This document shows, piece after piece, positions 54,404-64,000 of a DNA stretch of 64,000 nucleotides. The notes beneath the pieces were generated by a model, which was given only the letters and a program-made list of their open reading frames with translations, had not been told where the DNA came from and did no database searches. Position 1 is the first letter of the stretch; each line of letters begins with the position of its first letter. Source of the stretch: Raillietiella orientalis (Eukaryota); NCBI GenBank assembly GCA_036172245.1, contig JAYWIR010000003.1, positions 1,178,001 to 1,242,000 on the forward strand, given 5' to 3'. The position numbers were made by a program, and so were the translations under genes.

Positions 54404-54409
54404 CAGGGT

Positions 54410-56017
54410 CTAGTTGGAGTACCTGCTTTTCTTCTTTTTGGGGGACGTTGTGGTCCTCCTCTTTTCACCTCGCGTGTCACCCATGTCGCTCTCCGACTCG
54501 GCGTAGTCAGTGCTTTAGGCGACTGGGTGTGTAGCGTATGCGGTGACGTTTTGAGGGCATAGCATGAGGCAACTCCTCAAGCTCCCCGCTGGCGTATCGC
54601 TTCTTAATCTCCAGCATCCTGTCCTCCAGTTCGAACCGCTGAGCATCATCGGGAACGCGCTCGTTGATGGAGATCTCCACCCGGCATATGCGCTCCAGAG
54701 TTTCTGCTCGTGCCTCCTTAGTGATTGCATCCTTCACCAGTTCTTCTACATGTGCAATTTCTGCTGCTGCGTTGGCAAGTTCCGCCAACTCCGCAGCTGC
54801 CATTTCCGTCACCTCGGCTGGCTCGGCAACTTCCGCCGGCTTTTCCGAGGTAGGCTGGGGTAGTGTCTTCCTTTTTCCCTTGATGTTCTTTTTCTTCACC
54901 TCAGTGAATTCTGCCTCCGTGGCAATCACCTTGGCCTGTGGAACCTTCTTTTGTGCCACATTTCCTGGTGCCACCGGTAGGGGTGGCAACCCCTGTGCGT
55001 CCCTCCACACCGCGTATCGTCTGCATTCCTTCTTGAAGTGCCCAGACAGACGGCAGAAGTAGCACATTATCGGCTGGGCCCACATCCTGTAGAAGTGGCC
55101 TTGCTGGCCGCAACGGTGCCACTGTGTCCTGGGGCATGCCCCAACGCGGTGTCCGAACGCCTTACAGCCCACGCAGAAGATAGGCTATTGCCTGTACTTC
55201 AGCCACACGGCTTGGGAGTATGCGTCCATGTATGCCACCCCTGGCATCTTGGCATCCTCGAAAGGACGCATTTTAGCAAATCCTTCCCCGGAGAAGATCT
55301 CGCCAAACTGGTTGCGAAGTTCCAGATGGTGGACTTCCCTGTACTGGGACAGGAAGTTCTTTATAATTTTGCTGGTGTTGAAGTCGATCCCCTTCATGTA
55401 GACTGTTATCGTGAAGGTTTCTCCCACTCCACGTATCAGCCGTCCATTTATCGACAGACCGTGTTCCGCCAATGCTCCGATTAGGGGGTCGCATGCTGTG
55501 TAGATGGTAAACTCATGCGCACAGGGGATTATCACCTTGATTACGTCGAAGTCGACGTTCTGGTGAAGGGCGATGTATATGTCCTTCACGTTAGCCATAC
55601 GTAGGGGCCTGTATTGAAGACTATCGGTTTAAACTCCTCGTCCATCGTCAGGATGGGCTCGTCCTCATCGTCGAGGACGTATACTGAAGGTTTGAGCGGT
55701 GTCCGCTGTTTCGCTGGGTGCACCCTGGGAAAACCGCTTGATTTTACCGCGGCTGCGTAGGAAGGGTAAGATGGCGTCGCCGCGTAAGACGCTGGACGCG
55801 TTGCTACCGACGCTGCGGGCGTTGCTACGGTCGCCAATGCCACGTGCGCCGCATGCGGCATTTCCGCAGACGCCATCGCTGTTACCTCCTTATCTGTAGT
55901 GGTAGCGTCCATCGCCTCCATCTGACCCTCGCGGGGCGAGTCCACTTGGGGAGTGTCCTCCACACTTGGATTGACTGGGGGAGGGGCAGGGTCCAGTGTT
56001 CTTCCGGGATAGGGCAC
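54410..56017 (-). pseudogene. LINE ORF1 (gag-like, three CCHC knuckles)
   Basis: CKAFGHRVGAC, HRCGQQGHFYRM(W), CYFCRLSGHFKKEC; Ala/Pro-rich N-terminus; probable end ...PKKKKSRYSN* at 54412-54410; first ATG at 55921; frameshifts present. Confidence 0.85.
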
Positions 56018-56065
56018 TGATCACTATACACTCACAGTAGAAGCACTCTTTTTAGCACTTTTTTG

Positions 56066-56228
56066 CAGGAGTCCGCGCGAACGCAGTCTCCCAGCTTAAA
56101 AATTATGCTTCCGAGTAACCCACGTCTGGGGTTATCGCAGAGATCAGCCCGATCGCAGTGCAATGATCGAACCTCACTCTGGAGGGATCTCCATGGTGAT
56201 CAAGATCGCCTCGAAGCCAGGTAAGTAT
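56066..56228 (-). ncRNA. U1: Full-length U1 snRNA copy (163 nt), apparently promoterless
   Basis: ATACTTACCTGG 5' end, SL1 loop GATCAC, SL2 loop ATTGCAC, SL3 TAACCC/GGGTTA, Sm site ATAATTTTT, SL4 GACTGCGTTCGCGC, ends CCTG. Confidence 0.97.
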
Positions 56229-57596
56229 GCAACTGAAACCGGGACAAAGACACGACCATATTGCCAGCCAAGAGAAATTCAATTTGATCCATTGTCAAGT
56301 TTTGAGAAATGTAGACAGTAACCAACAACGCCTTCGACCATCTGATTTCAAACTTCAGCAAAGCAAATATCTCCTCAGTGATCCTGTACTTCCATTTGTG
56401 TCATAAGATCATTATTGTCCACTAACATTGGGAGCACACACATCATGGTTGAACCTTTTTAGTTGTGAATACAGACTCTTCCGAATCTCACTAACGATCT
56501 TTTGGATTCAGTAATGCATTTATCGCCAAGAAAGTCAGTTCCCTTATCTTCCCAAGCCAAGTTTCATTTGCTGATGGAATATTTCACTGGATAAGGATCG
56601 TACCTGTAACAATATCTTCGTGATGAAGCTTCAAGGTCTGAACATTTAACGTCTCCAATTTCACAGTGTTGGATATCAAAGCCCTGTTACAAAACTGCAT
56701 CCCCTCAACAGAGAGTTTTGAGAAGATGGTAATTCAACCGCTTGAACTCAGTTCGAAGATCTTGCATCTTAGGCGATAGTGTGATCTTGATGTTCGTCTG
56801 ATTTATGTTCGTAACTTTGACATAGCAACTCAGACGAGTTGTTGTTCAAGACCTTAGTCGTATTCCAAAACAAGCTCTCCAAACATTCCACCCTGAGACT
56901 TATGGACTGTCATAGAACATGCTTTAACTAAAAGAAGTTGAATTCTTTTGCATTTCAACAACTTGGTCTTGAAAGACACTAATGAGGATCGTTTGGTTGT
57001 TGAAGTCCAATCGGTCTTAAAGACAGCAGGATGCGATACTACAGGAGCTTTAAGACGGCTTTTGGCTTCCATCTTCTTACGGTCCAACTGTAACCATAAT
57101 CTTCTGATGTCCACATCTACCGTTCCAACATGCTGCAAAGTTCCAATTGCTCCGTTAACTAAACCATCTTCTATATCGATGTTCACTGTTATCATGCATT
57201 ATTTTCCTTTTGATAAATGTAATGTAAATGGAAGTCTCTATATACAGAATAGTCTCGTTTGATGAAACTTCCTTCTCGCGCCCATCAGTTGCTTGCTGGT
57301 CTTATATTTAGACTACAGTCCACTACACTGTGGTGGCTTTGAAATGCTTGAGCATTGTATTGTAGGACATCGTTGCTACGATGAAACAGGATAGAGTTTG
57401 GCAAACAGATAGAGCTGTTCCAAACCAACTTTCGATCAAAGGATTTCTCATTCGTGTCCAGAGACCCATCGATTCCAATTTTGTTAATGTGGAAGGGGAC
57501 ACAAATCCATTTTGTCTCATGGCCTGGACGAGTGGAAAGGAGCTTAAAGAGTGCCACAAGATTGCATCTCCAACCGAGTTCTTATGTGGTCTGAAT

Positions 57597-57637
57597 ATCA
57601 AAGTGTAGTATCTGTTCTTATCAGCTTAATATCTGAT
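57597..57637 (+). ncRNA. U2: U2 snRNA internal fragment (branch-point recognition sequence plus stem-loop IIa)
   Basis: ATCAAAGTGTAGTATCTGTTCTTATCAGCTTAATATCTGAT, about nt 26-66 of metazoan U2; neither the 5' end nor the Sm site is present. Confidence 0.92.
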
Positions 57638-60600
57638 TAGCGTCGACTGCAGGCAACATTATATTGAACCCACTGAACTCTCGATCGAAAGCAACGCTGA
57701 TTTCTTGCACTCTTGAATTTATAATATGGAATATTTCATAGTCCGTCTTCCTCAATTCTCCCAAAATGATGATTTGAATGTCTCAGAAGCTGTTTCGATA
57801 CAAGTGGAGTATTTTTTTTACGGAAGACCTAAGTGCATTCTAGACATTCCAATTTTAAATACAGAATGAATCCTCGTACTGTTTATCGCGACACAGATCT
57901 TTCCTATCAGCACTCAAGAGACGAATGAGTTATGAATCAAATTGGGAACTTTACTAAAGGGATTGTACGCTTTTATAATTACCTTCAAGGTGAATGTTTT
58001 ATCACAACCTGCTGGACTGGTAAAGAGTATTTGAAGCGGTTTCGTATTCTGCTGATCTATTATCTAATTTTTAACTTCCAGACCAAGTTCTGTCTGTTCT
58101 CTATTCGTCAGTCTAAGAAGTTTACAGCATTCTTCTCTTGACATGTCATTCACTTGTTCCGAACAACAGACGAAAGAGATCGTGTGGATATTGATTAGGT
58201 GTCAACGTAATTCACTTGCGATATTGAGGCTTCTTCAGCTGCTCTGCTCTGAACTTCAATCTTAGCTCGTTCATCTTCTTGTTCGACTATCTCACCGCGC
58301 GGTTTTCTAAGAACTCCAATGACTTCTCAGCATCGATTTCCGACTCGTAACGCTTTCTACAATTTATGATACACTCTTCATTCTCTTCGTACATTTGTAG
58401 AACCTTATTTAAATCCAAAATGCCGACCATATCCTTTTCAAAGGGACAGTAAATAAAACCATTTCTCATTTGTATTCATCTAGTTCAGACATTTCATAAT
58501 GACGGTAACAAATGATCTTCATCTGCTTTCTAATCTTATGTTGCTTCTTGATGATATATTTCATGACAAAATCTGCTAAAAAAATCTTCCAGTTCGTCTT
58601 TTTTTGGACGATTCTGGTATTTATGAATGATGTTTTCATTTTATGCGTCAGTTGAATCATTTTCTATATCATCTTCAGTTATTTTTTCTTACTTTTCTTA
58701 TTCCTATGCCACTTATGTAGTCAGGTTGTCGGGATGTAAGCCAGTTTTCTGCTCGCTTCAGAAATAGGTTGTAGAAGAAGATATCATGCAGCCTCTTGAA
58801 ACTCATCGCCATGCTGCTCAAGATTTTGATGCTTACTCATTCCAAGAGATCAGTGTAATTTTTTTCAGGAAGCTCTTGCAATTTGATTAACTCTTTGTGA
58901 AAATGACTTGAGGTTTGGTTCTTTTTTTTGACGTATTCAACTACTGTTTTTTTTGACGTATAATACACATTTTTCCCAAGTAAACTGTAAATCCATGGAT
59001 TAAACGTATGAGTTCAAAATTTTCATGGAGATATAATGTTCTCCAAGAGATTCATCGAATGACTAGCAATGCTTTTCTTCCAAATCTTTCGTAAACTGCT
59101 TAAATTCCTGCCTAAAATTCTATGTGTGATTTTCCTGCAAATTCATCATTGTTAATATTTTCGTTTCGTTCATAGGCCAATATGGGATATTAAACCTGCA
59201 TCTATAATCACTTTTGTTGTAACAAGTGAATGCATGCTGTAATATGAAGCTGGAAGGTGCACAGAATCAGCGCAACCGAGATCGTGGGTGTTTGGCATCC
59301 ATCAGAAAGACTTCTGAATCGTTTTCCAGCCGTGACTTGACTTCCCAAACCACGCAGATCACTTTGCAATCCACAGTTTTTTCAAGCTGCTGATGTCACT
59401 AGATCCGGGATACCCTGAGAGCTATAAAGGAGAATCGAATCCTTAAAGGCTCCAACGAGGTGAACTCAAAAGATCAATGTTAGCCTGTACAACATATGAA
59501 CAGACAACCCAAAGAGGACAAAAGCAGTTTGTAGGGGGGGATTTAGAACTTCCCAATATGAAAAGCAGTCAGAACTTTCGACGACAGCAAGCCAAGACTC
59601 ACCATCGGAAAACTCACCTTAGCACGTGAGGAGGAAACAATGTTAGATTATGCATGCCTCAGAGCAGAGAGATATGACGCTTTTTAGAAAATCACCCAAA
59701 CCAGGGAAAAGCAACGTCTGCATAGATCAGCATCGTTCTTCCAGATTCTTTCAACGGTGACTACATGCGTCTCGCAGAATATACTTCGGCTCAGTATCAT
59801 TCCTCTACGAGGAGCAGAGACAGTGCCGACCACATGCACAGGAGGTGTGTGACCTGACAAGAATTCCTTCTCATATTTACTTGCTGCACTCACAATCCCA
59901 TACAGCACGAAGCATCATAACAAATTGGACTAGGAGATCAACAGGGTGAGGTAGACTAATGGGAGTCGCTCACCTATGTTCGGCACCCTCTCAGGACGGA
60001 CTCCAGACTCCGACCGATTTGATTCTACAAAGAAAAGGTAGGGTCACATCTTAGCCGACGTAAATTTTCCTTCAGATGATCAGCCAGGCGCTTTGGAAAA
60101 TGCCTGGAAAAGGAGAAAGAGCAAGTACTGAGGACTGGTGTACACTTCTCATCCCGGGAAAGTTCACGATCGCATTTCGATACGGCATAATACAGCTTCG
60201 TTTGAAGCAAGGTAGTGTGTAAACCTGTCTTCTCTTTCCAAAAAAGTATTATGGTTCACCATCATTTTCGGTTTGTTTGCTTCAGCAACTAATATTCCTT
60301 TTTGTCGTAGCAGTGATGTAATTGCCTTTTATATATGGTTTCTTCCATTTCACTATAAGGGAAAGGTATTGGCAATGGGAGACGTAAATTAGGACTTGAA
60401 TGACCGGAAAAAAATAATATTCAATTACGAAAAGATGAAAACTCCAGCATGCAGATGACAAGATCGTTTTCGATGCGTGCATGTTACATTGAAATACACT
60501 GAAATATTGTAGCACCGTTGTACACTACTCAGTCTTATTGCAAAGCGTTTAGCATATTATGCAACTAACAAGAGAAAATCCTTTATTCACACAGAGATGT

Positions 60601-62119
60601 ATGCGTCTTATATACATGTCCGATGCAAAATAAGAACATATTTATATGGATGTTGGCAATCTGAATAATTTAATTTCTTGGTTGCAATCGTGATCATCTC
60701 CAAGAAGGCTTCCAATCTGTTCATCCTATTAACCAATTTGTTCATCCTATTATTTGTAATAGCAACCGTGAATCCTGATTAAAGTTCAATCTCGTTCATT
60801 TGTTGAATTTGAATCATTTTTTGTTTGAAGGATTTATGGCAAAGTGCTGTTTTGCAGTGTTGTAAACTCTTACCTGGGTGCTTCCGATGCTTTCCATGTA
60901 GCTTGATAAGACGTGCAAAAGATGCAATGAATTGATAGTTTCAGATGATGCACAAGGTTTTGAATTCCCATTGAAAATGCAAGCAGGTACTTTTTTTTTT
61001 TTCCCCACAAACCATTTTTTAATGTATTTTCTGTGGTAAATATTATGCTTAGTTTGGAAGGGAGATTATGTAAGAAGTCTTAAAGTATGCGTCATGACTA
61101 TTTTGATGGCTCTTGTACTTGAAAACAAAAATGAAAATTTTAATCATGATTTCAAAGCTATTCTTTGTATGCTGTGTTTTGTTTATTTGAAAAAAAAAAA
61201 AAACAGTTTTTAAGAAAGTTTTTAATATAATTGTTGCATTGCATGTTTGTACATTAAATTTCCTTTCTCCTTAAGTGCAAACGATTGATGATACAATGTT
61301 TTGTGAATTTACAAACACCCGTAAAAGTTTAACTTTTTTTTTTGATCAAATTTAGCCAAGAATCGAAAAAAGAATTCAATTCTTTTTGGAATGAAGATTA
61401 TAACAACTTTTTATGTTGAGTTTTGGGTTGTTAAACCAAGAAAAATATAGCTCAGCAAGCAAGAACCTAAAGTGAGGCAATTTATGTGTGTTTTCAGGAG
61501 TCCGAAAAAATTTAATACGAATGCATGCACATTGTTTTAGCAAATAGTCAACTTTTTAAGATATTCAGTTAGGGTTGCCTTTTCCCCTTTTTTCAAATAT
61601 GAAAGTTTCGCAATGTGTAACTGATTATTCGATGCAGTTACATGTGTTGGACAATATTAGAAGATTTATGATTTTTATTATTACAGATAAAATGCATTTG
61701 TTGCATATGAAGTCAATAATATGCCTTAGCCGATTGTTGATAAATTGTTTTTGTTTTTGTGTTTATGGTTTTGAATTCTTTTGACATAATTCACTAATGG
61801 ATCCTGTTTCTTTCTGCACAAAACTGATGTCATGATGAGCTTTTATCAAAAGTTTTTATGAATTTAATGTTGTTTTTTTTGACGTCTGCCACATTTTTGT
61901 TAAGGTTGGCATCAGTCATTGGATTTCTATATTTTAATCAATTATTGTATAATTTGACTGTAATTTCTAATTGGATGGTAAATAACTGGTGACTTTTCAG
62001 GATGACTAGGTACACTATCAAATATCTTTAATTAACATACTTTACCATCCTAACAGATTATGTCTTGTGTGGAATGTAGCCTTGTTATCTAATTTATCAT
62101 GTGATTTTCAGGACTAGTC

Positions 62120-64000
62120 ATGACAGACAGGAATATTGGTGAATTGAGATTGTGGATAGGTTTAATTCATAATATACTTACAGTCTTCATTCTGTTTTTT
62201 GTAATTCTGTGTATAGAGTCGAAAGCCTGTGGAAGATCTTTGACTTTACCATTTGGTTAAACATTTTGTTATACATGTCAATAAAATTAATGGATTTGGT
62301 TAAAAAACAATGGCCTCTTTCATTGATAAGTTTAATTAATACCGGGTTTATGTGGAAAAGCAGAGTTATATTTGAGTCTCGTTTTGACTGTTATGGTGGT
62401 GCAGTATTCAATTAGTTTTTGTTAGAGCCAAAAACATGAAACCATAATGTTTTCATGGATTCATGATCCCTGGGTTTGGTTTTCATACGCTGGGATGCTG
62501 TTTATTCGTATTCCCGAATCAAATTTTGCTTTACAGATGTGTATTATAAAACACAATCTTAATGAGCTGTTACATGTGGAGTGCACATGTAACCATTTTA
62601 ACATTATTTTACTTTAGAAATGGGAATGTGGTATTATTTTCTACAATAAAAAATATTTTGATATTTTCATGCAGATAAGGTACAGTTTTGAAAAGCAGTT
62701 GAAGTTCTGAAAGAGGTGTTTTTTTCATGAGCTGTCATATAGTATTCTAATTTAGCTTTCTGGATGTCGTTTTGGGTTTTTATTGAGTTTTCGTCAGGGG
62801 ATTATTGAGTATAAAAATGTGGTTTTAAAACATAAGTCATTCATAAATATAATTTTAAGATTTTTTTTTTTTTTTTTTTAGATTCTGATTACTTTTATTT
62901 TGTTGCAGAATCTTCAGATGCTGAGTCCGGTTTATCTGCTGTGCAGAACTCTGATGATGATGATGCTGTAAGAAGTAATGATGCAGATTCTTCTTCTGAT
63001 GCTTCTGATGTACCAGTTGGAAATGTTCAGAATGGTGGAAATCACTTGCAATCAGAGGAAGATTCTGATGTGGGCAGCTATGAGGAAGAAGATAGCGTGA
63101 ATCATGATGAAAGTCACCGTTTCAAGCAGTCACTAAAGCAGGAAGAAGAAGAATATGAAAATGAAGGTGGACAGAGTGAAGAAGAGTATTATGATGATGA
63201 TGAGGAAAAAAAGCAATCTTCTGATGAGCAGCAAGGTACGTTAAAATATATTTTTGTCTTTTGTTCATGGAAGTCATTTGCAGATGATTCTTCTAGTGAA
63301 GAAGATACAAATAGTAAGCGAAAACGAATTGAGCTTAGCATAGGAAGTGGAAGTGATATGGAAACCAAGAAAGTCAGGGTGCAGGAAGATGAAAGTATTT
63401 TTTGAAGTTTTCTGTTTTTTTCTGATTACAATGATTTGTGTTAGCATCTAGATCACCACTGGGATCTTTTGATGAAGGTGCTGACATGTCCTCTGATGGT
63501 GAAAAACATATGCAACAAAATAATGAAGATCAAGATGCTGCCTCAGAACCAAGAGAAGATGGAGAAGTTGATGAGGATGAGGATGCACTTCCTGAAACAC
63601 GGATCGAAGTAGATATTCCGCGTTTGATTACAGATTTGGGTCGTGAAATCCATTTTGTGAAACTTCCTAATTTTCTGTCCGTCGACCCTCGACCTTTTGA
63701 TCCAGACACTTATGAAGATGAGATTGATGACGAAGAAACTTTGGACGAAGAAGGTCGTGCTCGACTTAAACTTAAAGTTGGAAATACGCTTCGTTGGCGA
63801 TCTGTTTTAAGTGATGATGGGCATTTTACTCATCAAAGCAACGCGCATTTAGTGCGCTGGTCCGATGGCAGCATGTCTTTGTTGCTGGGTAGTGAGGCAT
63901 TTGATGTATGCAAACAGCCTTTGCAAGGAGATCATAATCACTTATTTCTGCGCCAAGGAACAGGACTTCAGGGACAAGCTGTGTTCCGAACCAAATTGAG
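62120..64000 (+). CDS. LEO1: RNA polymerase-associated protein LEO1 (PAF1 complex), runs off the window
   Basis: Acidic Ser/Asp/Glu N-terminus, then [23 protein letters not shown]...GRARLKLKV...[10 protein letters not shown]...[13 protein letters not shown]. Exons 62120-62138 (tentative), 62909-63235, 63284-63394, 63445 onward. Confidence 0.95.

Larger units (their letters stand above)
50957..56065 (-). mobile_element. Full-length but frameshifted Tx1/L1-clade LINE
   Basis: ORF1 then ORF2 in tandem, separated by 6 nt; 3' UTR with a C-rich tract, AATAAA (50994-50989) and a terminal hairpin; flanked by an imperfect direct repeat when taken together with U1. Confidence 0.92.
49960..59400 (-). 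mobile_element. Decayed Helentron (Helitron with Rep, PIF1 helicase and AP-endonuclease), interrupted by the U1-LINE and a U2 fragment
   Basis: Rep region HAFTCYNK..CRFNIPYWPMNET (about 59240-59160), TFNPWI and EAA*YLL (58990-58780); helicase NIDIEDGLVNGAIG and MTVHKSQG (57195-56854); endonuclease VTVYIS...PIILVGDF split across 56320 and 50900. Possible 3' stem-loop plus T-run near 49961-50000. The 5' end was not located. Confidence 0.85.

Noticed and set aside
54401..54405. TGATG stop-start overlap at the ORF2 start
   Set aside because: The likely ORF1 frame ends at TAG 54412-54410, so this TGA is not its stop.
59440..60230. GC-richer block upstream of the Helentron Rep remnant, possibly a LINE ORF1 relic
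   Set aside because: No motif strong enough to assign.

Overview
AT-rich invertebrate (probably arthropod) nuclear DNA with compact genes and many 39-50 nt introns. Host genes: FBXL2/20 (-), a prune-like gene whose DHH half has decayed (-), ABHD2 (+), an NDRG-like relic (+), DNAJC9 (+), SRP19 (-), METTL26 (-) and the start of LEO1 (+). The roughly 20 kb between prune and ABHD2 holds transposon debris (Tx1/L1-clade LINE 3' ends, hAT, piggyBac-like) and several hairpins, including a palindrome with 100 bp arms. The most striking structure is at 50941-56244. A complete 163 nt U1 snRNA sits directly at the 5' end of a full-length Tx1/L1-clade LINE (ORF1+ORF2). The U1+LINE unit is bounded by an imperfect 15-16 bp direct repeat inside the endonuclease gene of a decayed Helentron, and removing it restores the Helentron reading frame. 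The same Helentron carries a 41 nt U2 snRNA fragment 1.4 kb away. All family assignments come from motif recognition by eye; no database searches were run.
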